IMG/VR virus record: IMGVR_UViG_3300017919_000016
Span: 1 to 64,000 of that record
DNA: 64,000 nt
Strand: one strand, 5' to 3'
Source of the DNA: a virus
Lineage: Duplodnaviria; Caudoviricetes
The notes under the pieces: generated by a model
The model's input: only the letters and a program-made list of their open reading frames with translations
Database searches by the model: none
What the model was told of the DNA's origin: nothing
Program-made: the position numbers and the translations under genes
Shown here: piece after piece, positions 11,401 through 21,293 of the stretch
Layout: every line of letters begins with the position of its first letter
Position numbering within the stretch: position 1 is the first letter of the stretch

Positions 11401-12055
11401 GCATTTGATAAATCTGTCTAACAACTTGTGCTTGCTCTTCATTGATTGTAATGACGGTCTCATTACCAACTTTTGTTTTATCATAGCCGTATGTGTGTCC
11501 GATATTAACCTTGCCTTTCATCATTCGTTTTTCATGTCCCCACTCTATCGCCTGGGAAGTTGCCTCAATCTCCCCTTGAGCAATGCTGGCATAGGTTTTT
11601 AGAAGATAGGCTGTTTCACTCCTAGTGCTCGTAATATTTTCCGCTTCAAAATATACCGCTACGTTTATTTCTTTTAATCGTTCAATGACTTCAATAAGCT
11701 CTTTCGTGTTTCTTGAAAACCGGGATACATTTTTGACTAAGATTAGGTCAATTCTATGCTCTTCACAGTGTCTGAGCATCCGAGTGAAGCCTCGTCTTAA
11801 TGATGCTTTTCTCCCGGTAACCAGATTATCAAAATAGATACCAACAAAGGTCCAGTTGTCCCTACTATTAATCACATGGGTATAGTGACTTACTTGGCTT
11901 TCCAATGAGTGGGACAGTCCCAGTGAATCAAGACTCACTCTACAATAGGCGGCTACCTTGATTCCCTCTCGCTTACTGTGAAGTGGACTGTCCTCTATCT
12001 TTTCTAAAGGATCCCATAATTTATTGATCCATAAGCTTTTATCTATTTGGTCCAT
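8408..12055 (-). CDS. LSR-C: tandem double large serine recombinase with C-terminal winged helix
   Basis: AAYCRVS and AAYVRVS units, two zinc ribbons; start placed at ATG 12055 after SD AAAGGAG. Confidence 0.92.
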   Translation of the reverse strand: MDQIDKSLWINKLWDPLEKIEDSPLHSKREGIKVAAYCRVSLDSLGLSHSLESQVSHYTHVINSRDNWTFVGIYFDNLVTGRKASLRRGFTRMLRHCEEHRIDLILVKNVSRFSRNTKELIEVIERLKEINVAVYFEAENITSTRSETAYLLKTYASIAQGEIEATSQAIEWGHEKRMMKGKVNIGHTYGYDKTKVGNETVITINEEQAQVVRQIYQMHLDGMSNNAIAGELTIRGVRTYFGKELWGPKTIASILSNIAYTGNAKTRKLTRDLMSNKRRSSEGIRDQYLIENHHPAIISQEVFDRVQEERSKNKRETKPQQIRPNPLSRRIHCGNCGQNFRRNRNKPWEYFRCVSAITNKNLCSSPTIREDLMLEIMLKAFRVRFDTQDPKLIKMLRRMLIRINKNDYFEFHRLKALTQIQLAKRLKDIQFTDDDIIQMERDYDKFENRLVEIEDDRKYRLDSIKWLENIKTFEEFEGKATIEYLRAWILSMVIYSKEDYKIYWIDGKETEIGNCIPIKPNIEESLSELHPNGDLVVQKATNFELMTNIQIASEKGGDLNTVGEEDRKMIAERKLEPNLMVKNIQKQLSNSVIMQTSVPVVREKKLKVAAYVRVSTELEQQKTSIKTQYSYYLYLILKDPRYILADIYIDDGKSGRTTEGRHEFKRLMEDCKEGKVDLIITKSISRFARNTVDTLTYLNMLKSLDPKVEVWFERENILSLSEKSNVLINLLSALGQEESVNIGEAIAWGRKSLAQRGIVRPAVQGYGYEYDKNKEWVINDEEAKVVKLIYDDYEKGKNMREIANTLTEESIPTPGGQKMWQVSTIRRILSSEIYRGNYIYQRFHSGFSLTSDRVKNTGELPMYFIEGHHKGIINGEQWKRVQTMLEENEKSRKENFQKYPVDKEKNDAFTKKLYCGECGTVVGYVRGINRQMKSYEKRWWRCNKGLKGHCGSIHLNQNYVEENFSQVLMDIKFNPAFDEYLDLFMEALKITPEEEIQREQLEQKKEALNQQLYKAVEDELGKAGKDAKLIDYLTDEIMDIREKLLGYTAREEQLEEVAKEIEELRKNLEAYKNKGNDDLGYYKSSPDFKREIFEKFIEKGTILEDGQIIYLFHSGFEWKAPINYKDFQEQERRRKKAKTQLEKKEFLKGPEVKALLKYCEEPKTITEMREYLPRYLTNPNFKKFIVKPLLEKGIIKETIPDKPTSRLQKYYSVKK

Positions 12056-12152
12056 TAAAAAAAACTCCTTTCCTCTGAAAGATTGCGCTTGCTTGTATGT
12101 TTGCATTGGTGTCAAACTATTGCAAGTACAATCTCCATACGGTAAAGGAGTA
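12056..12152 (-). promoter_or_regulatory. LSR-C leader (TTGCAA-N17-AAACAT; anti-SD ACTCCTTT)
   Basis: Minus-strand ACTCCTTT can pair with SD AAAGGAGT; conserved GTACTTGCA. Confidence 0.55.
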
Positions 12153-12185
12153 TTTTATTTAATTGGATAAATTCTTTAAAAATCG

Positions 12186-13078
12186 CTAGTCGTTCTTCCC
12201 ACGTCTCCAGCCTTGAGCCATTCTTATGACTCCACATTTAAAGATAAACTCAATCTCATAGTCCTTGTGGAGAATACCTCTTTCAACAAGCTTTTTAAAT
12301 TCTGCTGCATCAAAGGTTTCAAAGCTACTTTGGCTTTCAAGATATGTTATTAAAGCTTCTAGGTTCTGCCTCATGTAGATTTCTTCGTCCTGGCTTTTGA
12401 CAAGCGCTTCATGTTCCTGCTGGTAAATTTGTGATTCATAAATCATATTTCTAAGGGTTGCATCATAGATGGGGTCATTAGTGACACTTTCTCTCATGGC
12501 CATTTCACTTATACGATCATTGATTCGATCGATGATTTCTTCAAGCTCTTTAAGCCTTTCTTTTTCATCGTATGTTAAGCTCACATCCTCAATGGCCGCT
12601 TCACCCTCAGCTCTTATGAGATCAATCTCCTCAGTCATTTTCAGAAGCATTTCATTGTAGGCTGCTTCAATAACCTCTTCCCAAACATACTTTGAATGGC
12701 AGTCAAAGTCTGCTTCTACTTTTTGAGCCGCCAGTCTACAGTGCCAAACGGTAAACTTGTAGGGCTTCCCATCTCGCCTTGATGTGATGCGCCTTCTATG
12801 AACCGGCATGCCACACTCCCCACAATAGAGCATATTCGAAAATGGTGCCTTTCCGCTATAGGTTCTATGGTATTTCCCGTCAGGATCATGCTTCATTTTT
12901 CTTCTTCTTTCCAGTTCCTTTTGTACATAATTCCATTCCTCTTCAGAGATGATTGCAGGGTGATTATTCCGGATAAAGTACTGCGGCTTGTGGTTCTTAT
13001 TTCTGACCCGTTTGTGAGTTAAGGGGTCCAGGGTTACTGACTTCTGACATAACGCATGTCCACAAAATTTCTCATTCG
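12186..13078 (-). pseudogene. 5'-truncated LSR-B (zinc ribbon and coiled-coil half only)
   Basis: Homologous to LSR-B from NEK.G..L.QK.VT onward; upstream part of the track ORF is AT-rich end-module DNA. Confidence 0.88.
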
Positions 13079-13096
13079 AAGTGATACGATTTGGAT
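13077..13096. other. Putative recombination junction J2 (CG-aag-TGATACGA-ttt-GGAT)
   Basis: At the LSR-B truncation point; same spacing as J1 and J3. Confidence 0.7.
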
Positions 13097-13543
13097 AAAA
13101 GTACATTTTATAGTGGTTAATAATGTATTTATCTTGACTTAAATACAATATGTAGTTTTATCATTGTGCTGTAAGGATAAAAAAATAAGCCCATTTCGGT
13201 AAAGAAATGAGCTCTCTTGAAAAATTCCTTCTATTATATTGTTACTCAGTTGATTAGTTCGAAAGTTAGAAAATCTAGTCTAGTAATTGCCATTTTTGAT
13301 GATGCTCAAAAAAAATCAAGCCTTCAGATTGGCCTGTGTCGGATTTTTATTTTGTTTAGGACCTGTTGCTTAACTTCAAGCTAAATAGCCTGAAATCGAA
13401 AAACTGCCAAGATTCCTTCAAAAAAAAAACAAAAAACCACCAAGATGCAAGTCTAAGTTCGGAACTGATGCCGAGCTAAGATGCCATCTTGGTGGTTCAT
13501 CTGTGATCACAAAAAAATCAAGCCCATCACAATGTGATAGGCT
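13079..13543. other. Conserved non-coding element-end module, copy 2 (shorter, more diverged)
   Basis: Hairpins 13188-13213, 13435-13497 and 13521-13543; CTTCAGATTGGCCTGTGTCGG motif. Confidence 0.75.
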
Positions 13544-13734
13544 CATTTTTCTTTTGTACTGTTTCGAGATAGCATTTGTTTTACTTTATGCTCCCCACGC
13601 CTCGTATATTTAAGCGATACCAAGCTTCTATCTATTTTTATACTCTTTCTTGGTATGGAAATAATCCTCTCGAAAGACTCCACGGCCTTCTTGGTATTCA
13701 AAGTGAAATCCTTATTAAAAGATGATGTAGGCAT
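13543..13734 (-). CDS. Small hypothetical protein (63 aa), paralogue of 1-174
   Basis: MPTSSFNKDFTLNTKKAVESFERI; SD AAAGGGGTG. Confidence 0.6.
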   Translation of the reverse strand: MPTSSFNKDFTLNTKKAVESFERIISIPRKSIKIDRSLVSLKYTRRGEHKVKQMLSRNSTKEK

Positions 13735-13822
13735 TCTGATCACCCCTTTGCTATTATGATTTGCTTTCCTCACTACATTCACATTATCATATGCAGTGGG
13801 ACAATTCAAAATTTCTTAAGTT

Positions 13823-16800
13823 TCAACTTTCCGTATAGTACTTCTGATCATGGCTGTAGATAAACTCAGGAATCGTACGCTTTAGTCTCCCCATCTCAAC
13901 CAGTGGATTGATTATCGTTGTCCTGAAATGTTCAATTGTCAAAGTGTCCCCCATGAATGCTAACATCTCATGGCTAGTTCTAGGTGTTCTACAATACTTC
14001 ATAAGCTTTTTAATTTCAGGCCCATTTAAAAAATCTAGTCTCTTCAAGAAGTTCTCAAGCTTTCTTCGCTTGGTGATGAGCTTTTGATAATTCTCATAGG
14101 TTATTGGTGCGGACCATTCAAGTCCGACTTTCAGCGTGAATGTAATTGTCCCATCTCTATAGATTATGCCAGATTCTATTAATCTTTCAAATAAGTCTTT
14201 GTTAAAGCTCGCTTCTTCTACCTTAAGACCCGTCTCTAAAACCTTTGACGGAAGTAGTGATTTTCCGTACCTGGTTTGATCGAACCCTTGAAAATTCGCT
14301 CTTCTCTTCTTTCCTAAAAGATCCTGAAGTTTGCAGCTATTAAAGAACCACTCCATTTCTGATTGTAGATGTAGTTGCCGCTCTCTTTTCTCTGTATAGA
14401 ATTTCAGTTGTTCCTGTATTGCCACAATCTTGCTCGTAAGCATATCAATCCGCTGGGAGTCTCTGCCCTTTTTGTTAAGCTCGTCATCTACCGCTTCGTA
14501 AAGTTTTTGATACAGTGCATCCATTTCATCGATTAGTTGTTTTTCCATGCTCAGTTCTTCTTCACTTATCTCAAGCTCATCTATTTTCTTTTCATAGTAT
14601 GTTTTGAATTCTGGATTTGATACCATTTCAACCAGCAGATGCTGAAAATTGATTTCCAGGTATTCTTGATTGAACTGTTTAGCATCACATACCTGAAGCA
14701 TATTCTGCAGGCCATAGCCGCATCGCCAAAATAATGTCGCGCTTGATTTTTCTTTGGTCCTTTTTCTCTCAATTTCACCTGTTTCATCGTCACGCTTTTG
14801 AACTCGTTTTTTATTCATATATCGTCCAAAACCTACTGTGCTACCGCACTCTCCACACTTGAATTTATCGGTAAACACTTCATTTTTTACTTCTTTTTTT
14901 TCAAAACTCAGATGAACTCTTTTCATGCTCTTTTGTCGATCAGCTCTCATTTGCTGCACTTCATCCCATACGTCCTTCTCAATAATAGCTGGGTGATGAT
15001 CTTCAATATGAATCATGGGAATTTCTCCCCGGTTTGGTACAAGTGGTTGCTTGCGTTCTGGATTTTTATATTTTTGATTGTGAATGTAATCCCCTTTGTA
15101 AACGACATTCACCAGGATATTTTGAATGGAAGAGTTGCTCCAAAGTCCTGAACCACTTGGCGGAACGATTCTCTCGTCATTAAGACTTTTATAGATATCT
15201 GTTCGTCTCACCCCATTCAAGTAATCCGTATAAATGCGCCTAACAATGGCAGCTTCCTCTTCTTTGATGACCCACTCTTTCTTCTCGTTGTATTCATACC
15301 CATAGTTAAGCCTTCTTGGCCTGACTATCCCTCTACTTGCTAGCGCTCGTTTACCCCAGGAGATGGAACTTCCTATATTTCTACTCTCTTGCTGCGCTAA
15401 GGCTCCCATCAGGCTGACCATCAGCTCACTGGTATCGTCTTCTGTTGAAATATTTTCTTTTTCGAAAAATATATAGGTCGGTGACTCTAACTCTCTCAAA
15501 ACCCTTACATACTTAATCGCATCCAAAGTATTCCGACTAAACCGTGACAATGATTTTGTCAGGATCAAATCTATTTTTCCTGCTTTGCAGTCACTGATCA
15601 TTCTATTGAAGCCTTCTCGGTGCTTTGTTGAAGTTCCAGTGATACCTTCATCTACATAGATGCCAGCAAACTGATACTTAGGATTTTTAAGGATGGAGTA
15701 GGTATAAAAAGCGATTTGGGTTTTTAGACTTGTTTCTTGCTCTTCTTTATCCGTTGACACTCGAACGTAGGCAGCGACCTTCAGCTTCTTTTTAGTCTCA
15801 ATCTTTAGGTGATTATTGTCTTTTACGTTTTTATAGATGCGACTCATCAACTGCATATGTTGCTGATGATCGATCTGTGTTACTTGAGGTAATGCCACAT
15901 CGGTTTCCTCCTCTCTGTCATATTTTTCGATGACTTCATCAAGATGAAGATGCTCTGTTTTTTCTAAAGGATTAATTTTAGTATCTGATTCAAATGACGC
16001 TCTTGATATTAAGTTTTCTGTAGTTAGTGCTTTAGTATCTCGTTCATTGTCATGTATTGCTTCAGACCCAGAAATTAGTTCCACTTTTTTCTCTCTTGAT
16101 TTTCGGAAATCCTCAGCTTTACTTTTGCATAGCTCAACATCACCCATTTGAGTTTCACTTCCATTAATCCAGTGAACAATAAAATCTTCATATGAATAAA
16201 TAGTCACAGAAACAATCCAGGCTCTCATGAGCTCCAATGTTAACTCTGTTAAGAACGCCACCGAATCCTTTCCTTCTCTAAGCCAGTCAAGAGCCATGTC
16301 CCGGTACTTCCTATCATCCTCTATCTGATTGATTTTCTCTTCAAATTCTCCATATTGCTTACGCATATCCTCTACATCTTCTATAGTAAATCGGGACCCT
16401 ACCAAATGTTCAGCAATCTCAATTTCTGTTAAATATTTAAGCCGATGAAACTCAAAGTGGTCATTCTTATTGACCCTCTCTAATATTTTCTCCAGCTCAT
16501 TGACAGTTCTATCACTTCCAAAATCAAACCATTCTTCAAAACCGCTTTGAAGGATATCGCGCATAACTTCTTCTCTGATATAATTTGTAGGGCACAGCTC
16601 CTTATGCCCCACACGTAACTTGCATCCCCAATACGCTGCTTTCACTCGGTCTGTTGTTCGATAATGGATATTTCCACAGTAGCCACAAATAATTCGTCCT
16701 GCAAAAGGGCTGATTGTCTTTTTTGAAGCTGTCGTTTTATTTGGTCTGTTTTTCTCAATGAGTTTTTGCACTTTCTCGAAGGTTTTCAAATCAATAATGG

Positions 16801-17752
16801 GTGGGTTTGCATTTTCAATTAGAATCTTATCTCTCATACCCTCTGATGACCTAACCCTGTTTGTCATAAGATCCTTATTTGTCGTTCTACCAATGTAATT
16901 CCCTGTGTAAATCGGCAGGGTTAAAATCTGTTTAACTGTTGAAATATTCCATGTATCCAGTCCTCTAGGAGTCTTGTTGCTGCTAAAGGTCAGGGCTTTC
17001 ATGATTTCTGTCTGAGATTTGCCGTTGAGGTATTCTCTGTAAATCCACCTAACAACTTTTGCTTCTTCTTTGATAATTCTAAGCTTCGAGCGCCCTGAAC
17101 CTTTAACCAGTTCATACCCATAGGTCTTCTGGAAATAAGGCCTCCCACTTAGTAGTCTTTGTTCCACACCCCACTTTCCTAGTTCTGACATAGCTTCTAT
17201 CTCAGCTTGCGATAGGCTTCCGTAGGTTGATAATAAAAATGCATTATAATCAATGGACGTGTCAATCCGCTCTTTCTCGAAATACACCCCTACTCCGTGT
17301 TCTTTTAACTCTTCGACAGCTTCTAGCAACTCCTTCGTATTCCTGGAAAACCGCTGCACATTTTTTGTAATGATTAGATCCAGCTTGCCTTCTTCAGCAT
17401 GACGGAGCATTCTTCTGAAACTTCGTCTATCCTTTATTGTCCTACCAGAAATATTATCATCAAAGTAGATACCGACAAATTTCCAATTAGGTTTACTGCG
17501 AATTAGTTCTGTATAATGACTCATCTGATTTTGAAGCGATCGACTTTTTTTATTTGGAGTAGGACTCACTCTACAATAAGCCGCTACCCTTACTTCATCA
17601 TCCGTTTTCTCAAGCGGACTTTTCCTCTTTTCATCTAAAGGGTTCCATAATGTTTGAACCCACTGCATCTTATCATTGGGATTCATCTTTTCAATTTCAT
17701 CCAATTGATAACCGGTTGTTTTATTTAAAGTATCATCTGATCTTTTGCCCAT
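13823..17752 (-). CDS. LSR-C: tandem double large serine recombinase with C-terminal winged helix
   Basis: Close paralogue of 409-4347; two catalytic units. Confidence 0.92.
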   Translation of the reverse strand: MGKRSDDTLNKTTGYQLDEIEKMNPNDKMQWVQTLWNPLDEKRKSPLEKTDDEVRVAAYCRVSPTPNKKSRSLQNQMSHYTELIRSKPNWKFVGIYFDDNISGRTIKDRRSFRRMLRHAEEGKLDLIITKNVQRFSRNTKELLEAVEELKEHGVGVYFEKERIDTSIDYNAFLLSTYGSLSQAEIEAMSELGKWGVEQRLLSGRPYFQKTYGYELVKGSGRSKLRIIKEEAKVVRWIYREYLNGKSQTEIMKALTFSSNKTPRGLDTWNISTVKQILTLPIYTGNYIGRTTNKDLMTNRVRSSEGMRDKILIENANPPIIDLKTFEKVQKLIEKNRPNKTTASKKTISPFAGRIICGYCGNIHYRTTDRVKAAYWGCKLRVGHKELCPTNYIREEVMRDILQSGFEEWFDFGSDRTVNELEKILERVNKNDHFEFHRLKYLTEIEIAEHLVGSRFTIEDVEDMRKQYGEFEEKINQIEDDRKYRDMALDWLREGKDSVAFLTELTLELMRAWIVSVTIYSYEDFIVHWINGSETQMGDVELCKSKAEDFRKSREKKVELISGSEAIHDNERDTKALTTENLISRASFESDTKINPLEKTEHLHLDEVIEKYDREEETDVALPQVTQIDHQQHMQLMSRIYKNVKDNNHLKIETKKKLKVAAYVRVSTDKEEQETSLKTQIAFYTYSILKNPKYQFAGIYVDEGITGTSTKHREGFNRMISDCKAGKIDLILTKSLSRFSRNTLDAIKYVRVLRELESPTYIFFEKENISTEDDTSELMVSLMGALAQQESRNIGSSISWGKRALASRGIVRPRRLNYGYEYNEKKEWVIKEEEAAIVRRIYTDYLNGVRRTDIYKSLNDERIVPPSGSGLWSNSSIQNILVNVVYKGDYIHNQKYKNPERKQPLVPNRGEIPMIHIEDHHPAIIEKDVWDEVQQMRADRQKSMKRVHLSFEKKEVKNEVFTDKFKCGECGSTVGFGRYMNKKRVQKRDDETGEIERKRTKEKSSATLFWRCGYGLQNMLQVCDAKQFNQEYLEINFQHLLVEMVSNPEFKTYYEKKIDELEISEEELSMEKQLIDEMDALYQKLYEAVDDELNKKGRDSQRIDMLTSKIVAIQEQLKFYTEKRERQLHLQSEMEWFFNSCKLQDLLGKKRRANFQGFDQTRYGKSLLPSKVLETGLKVEEASFNKDLFERLIESGIIYRDGTITFTLKVGLEWSAPITYENYQKLITKRRKLENFLKRLDFLNGPEIKKLMKYCRTPRTSHEMLAFMGDTLTIEHFRTTIINPLVEMGRLKRTIPEFIYSHDQKYYTES

Positions 17753-17852
17753 AGAAAAAACTCCTCTCTTTGTAGTGGCATACTCAGTTACTAGGTATGT
17801 TCACTCTGTACAGGATATAATGCAAGTACTATATCCTAATTGAGGGAGTTTT
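17753..17852 (-). promoter_or_regulatory. LSR-C leader (promoter-like motif plus anti-SD)
   Basis: Near-identical to 4348-4447. Confidence 0.6.
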
Positions 17853-17907
17853 TATCTTTCTATGAAAAGCCTCTGTTATTTAGACGCTTATTTTCAGTAT
17901 TTGTTAT

Positions 17908-19575
17908 CTACAAGTATTCTTTACGATCAGCGCTTATGCTCCTTTTGATACCGCATTTAAAATGGAAATCGACTTGGTGGTTGTCATGCACGATACCTTT
18001 TTCAATGGTCTTTACAAAAATATCTTCTCGAAAGCTATCGTCATCGCTTAAGTCACTCAAACTCTCAATGAACTCTTCTAACTGTTTCTTTATAAAAATA
18101 CTTTCAGTTTCCATCTTGCTTAAGTTTTCATACTCAAGCTGAATGATTTCTTGTTCGTAAATCATGTGTCGCATAGTTGCGTCATATACAGGATCACTTG
18201 TCGCTGATTCTCTAGCTGCCAAATCACTGATTCGATTTGTAATATGTTCAAGTTTCGTTTCAAGTTCGATTAGTTTTTCTTTCTCAGATTCTGTAAGTGC
18301 ATAGTCCTCACTGGCAAGTCGCGCTTCTCGAATCACTTCATCACGATCTTCATTCATCTCATGGAGAATCTTCATAAATGCTTTTTCTAATACCTCTTCC
18401 CATACATAACTCGCATTACATTTAATGCCTTTGTCTATATCTCTGTGGGCTGCCACTCTGCAGTGCCATGTTGTGAAGTGGTACTTTTCTCCATTTTTAG
18501 ATGAAGTCATTCGCCTGCGTGTTACAGGTCTGCCACATTTCCCGCAAAACAACATATTGGAGAATACGGATTTCCCGCTATATGTCATCTTATATTTTCT
18601 CTCGGGATTTCTTAGCATATCGTTTCTTCTTATGAGTTCCTTTTGTACCTTATCCCAATCTTCTTTTGAGATAATTGCAGGATGGTGATTTTGAATGTAA
18701 TATTTCGGTTTATGGTCTTTGTTTGGAACTCTTTTATGGCTTAAAAAATCTATTGTTACCGTCTTTTGAGCCACACAGTCCCCTGTATATTTTTCTTGGA
18801 TTAATATTTTTCGAATAGAATCACTGGTCCAGGTTTTCTTACCTCTTGCTGTTAAAACACCATCTTTCATCAACCCCTTAGCAATCCTTGCTGTCCCCTT
18901 CCCTTCTAAAAATTCTCTAAATATTCGCCTTACAACTTTTGCTTCTTTTTCTAGAATAACAATCTTCCCATCTTCATCCGTATCGTATCCTAGAAAGTAT
19001 GTGGTTGGAATATGGGGTTTCCCTTGAGAGAAACGCTTCGTCACACCCCAGGTAGCATTCATGCTCAATGATTTTGATTCTTCCTGGGCTAGGGAACTTA
19101 AAATCGTCAAAAATAGTTCTGATTTCGAATCAAGTGTGTCCAAGTTTTCCTTCTCAAAAAATACGCCGACCTGGGGATCTAAGTTCTTCAATAACCTTAC
19201 ATAACTTAAACAATCAAGGGTGTTTCTAGCGAATCGACTGATGGATTTTGTTAGAATGTAGTCTATTTTTCCTGCTTTGGCATCTTCAATCATTTCAAGA
19301 AATCCCGTTCTGTTCTTTGTATTTGTACCCGTAATCCCTTCATCCGTGTAGATCTTATAAAGCTCCCACGCTGGGTTTTTATTTATATAGTCCGTATAAT
19401 ATGAAACCTGAAGTTCATAAGAGGACGCTTGGTGTTCGAGCAAAGTCGATACACGCGCATAGGCCGCAATCCTTTTTTTGCGTCCATCATGATGTTCATC
19501 ACTTCTTCCCGTCCTGCTGACTACTGGAATAATGCGGACTTTTGGGTTCATGCTTGTTGATAGATTCGTTTGCAT
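17908..19575 (-). CDS. LSR-B: large serine recombinase
   Basis: AAYARVS, TKSISRFARN, recombinase domain, CGKCG zinc ribbon, coiled coil. Confidence 0.93.
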   Translation of the reverse strand: MQTNLSTSMNPKVRIIPVVSRTGRSDEHHDGRKKRIAAYARVSTLLEHQASSYELQVSYYTDYINKNPAWELYKIYTDEGITGTNTKNRTGFLEMIEDAKAGKIDYILTKSISRFARNTLDCLSYVRLLKNLDPQVGVFFEKENLDTLDSKSELFLTILSSLAQEESKSLSMNATWGVTKRFSQGKPHIPTTYFLGYDTDEDGKIVILEKEAKVVRRIFREFLEGKGTARIAKGLMKDGVLTARGKKTWTSDSIRKILIQEKYTGDCVAQKTVTIDFLSHKRVPNKDHKPKYYIQNHHPAIISKEDWDKVQKELIRRNDMLRNPERKYKMTYSGKSVFSNMLFCGKCGRPVTRRRMTSSKNGEKYHFTTWHCRVAAHRDIDKGIKCNASYVWEEVLEKAFMKILHEMNEDRDEVIREARLASEDYALTESEKEKLIELETKLEHITNRISDLAARESATSDPVYDATMRHMIYEQEIIQLEYENLSKMETESIFIKKQLEEFIESLSDLSDDDSFREDIFVKTIEKGIVHDNHQVDFHFKCGIKRSISADRKEYL

Positions 19576-19577
19576 AA

Positions 19578-21218
19578 TCAGCCTTCTCCTTTCTCAATTT
19601 TCACTTCTTTTAGATCTCCATTCGCCCAATATAAAAGCAGCGTTCCTTTGTCTGTATAAGTCATTCTGATAAACCATGCTCTTAGAAACCTAGTATCCTC
19701 AGATAATTTATTCATCCCTTGCACAATTTTGGTTCCGCTTTTTATTTTTTCTAATGACTTTATAGCTTCTTCCCTGTACTCAGCATCCTTATCGATAAAC
19801 TCCCATAGATGCCTTTTAGATTCTAATTGTTTCTCAAGTTGAGTTCGTTGTTCTTTGAATGTTGACTCATCACGAAGTTCCATAATCGCTCTATTTTCAT
19901 CCACCAAAGCTTTTTCTAAAGACAGTCTCAGCCAACTTTGCTCTGACTCTCGATTTAACTCAATATTCTTAAGCTCTTTGATTAAATGTATGACAAGTTT
20001 TTTGTTTACATTGGTGCCACCATCCAGATACTTCCTAGTGAACTCTCTTTTTAGAGTCCTCACAATATCTAGTTCATCAATCGCTTCCATTTCGCAAAGT
20101 AATTTACTCTTAAGACTGCTCGAACATCTCCATAATACTTTCCTTCTGCCCGCATATCGATGGTAGTTCTTCCCGCAGCACCCACACTTGATTCTGCTAG
20201 TAAACTCATTTACGCTCTTTTTCTTTCTATCGTATGTGACTGATTTTTTCTCAAGAATTCTCTGCACTCTGTCAAAGATTTTCCTGTCAACAATTGGTTC
20301 ATGATGATTGCTTATATAATACTGCGGTCTTTCTCCATTGTTTATTTTGGTTTGATGTGTTAGATAATCTTTTGTGTAAGTCTTTTGGCAAAGAGCATCA
20401 CCAACATAACGTTCGTTGCTCAAAATACTTTTGATATTTGAATCTTTCCAGTCGATACGACCATTTGGTTTTTTATAACCTTTACTTATAAATTTTCTGG
20501 CTATATTGACCAGGCTGTAGCCTTCCAAATACAAGTCGTAAGTCTCCCTCACAATCTTTGCTTCCTCTAAATCAATGGTCCAGGGAACACCGTTCACTTT
20601 TTTATAACCTAGAATTCTTGTGAATAAAGGCTTTCCACTTGAAAACCTTTTTGTATGAGCCCAGGTTAGATTTTCTGAAATCATTCTGCTTTCTTCTTGC
20701 GCGACTACCGATAACAGGGTCAGAATAAATTCACTCTCCATACTTCCTGTATCAACAGATTCCTTCTCAAAGATGACCCTAATTCCATTTTCTTTGAGCA
20801 CTCTAATTGCTTCTAATGTGTCCATTACATTTCTCGCAAATCTCGAGATAGACTTACATAAAATTAAATCAATATTTCCTTCCAGGGCATGGCGCATCAT
20901 CTTATTGAATCCCGCCCTATGGGACCTTTTAGTTCCAGACTTGCCCCTGTCAGAGTAGATGCCCACAAACATCCAGTCAGAGTTATTTCTAATGTAGTTT
21001 GTGTAATGAATTGTTTGATTTTCAAGGGAGTTCATTTGAATTTCTTCTTCTGTACTCACTCGGCAATACGCACAAACTCTCAGTCTTTTAGGTTCTTCCT
21101 TAATATTTGATGCTGTTGATGCTCCTTGAGTTTTCATTCCAATTTCAATGACTTGTCTCTCTTGGGATTGGAAATCAATGCTGTCATAAAATCCACTTTC
21201 ATACAACGATCCAGTCAT
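19578..21218 (-). CDS. LSR-A: large serine recombinase
   Basis: CAYCRVS, CKSISRFARN, CGCCG; start placed at ATG 21218 after SD AAGGAGGG. Confidence 0.92.
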   Translation of the reverse strand: MTGSLYESGFYDSIDFQSQERQVIEIGMKTQGASTASNIKEEPKRLRVCAYCRVSTEEEIQMNSLENQTIHYTNYIRNNSDWMFVGIYSDRGKSGTKRSHRAGFNKMMRHALEGNIDLILCKSISRFARNVMDTLEAIRVLKENGIRVIFEKESVDTGSMESEFILTLLSVVAQEESRMISENLTWAHTKRFSSGKPLFTRILGYKKVNGVPWTIDLEEAKIVRETYDLYLEGYSLVNIARKFISKGYKKPNGRIDWKDSNIKSILSNERYVGDALCQKTYTKDYLTHQTKINNGERPQYYISNHHEPIVDRKIFDRVQRILEKKSVTYDRKKKSVNEFTSRIKCGCCGKNYHRYAGRRKVLWRCSSSLKSKLLCEMEAIDELDIVRTLKREFTRKYLDGGTNVNKKLVIHLIKELKNIELNRESEQSWLRLSLEKALVDENRAIMELRDESTFKEQRTQLEKQLESKRHLWEFIDKDAEYREEAIKSLEKIKSGTKIVQGMNKLSEDTRFLRAWFIRMTYTDKGTLLLYWANGDLKEVKIEKGEG

Positions 21219-21293
21219 ATTCGCCCTCCTTCCTTTATCCTTTTTCAAGCTGACGGCCTTTTTGTTTATCAATCAAACTCTTTAAAATATAAA

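Larger units (their letters stand above)
5758..13078 (-). mobile_element. Element E0 remnant: truncated LSR-B, LSR-C, AbiE pair and end module
   Basis: Bounded by junctions J1 and J2; same gene order as the distal part of E1 and E2. Confidence 0.75.

Noticed and set aside
13079-13148. N-terminus MYLSQDKYII... of the 320-aa track ORF
   Set aside because: Chance read-through into AT-rich end-module DNA; no SD and no homology to LSR-B.
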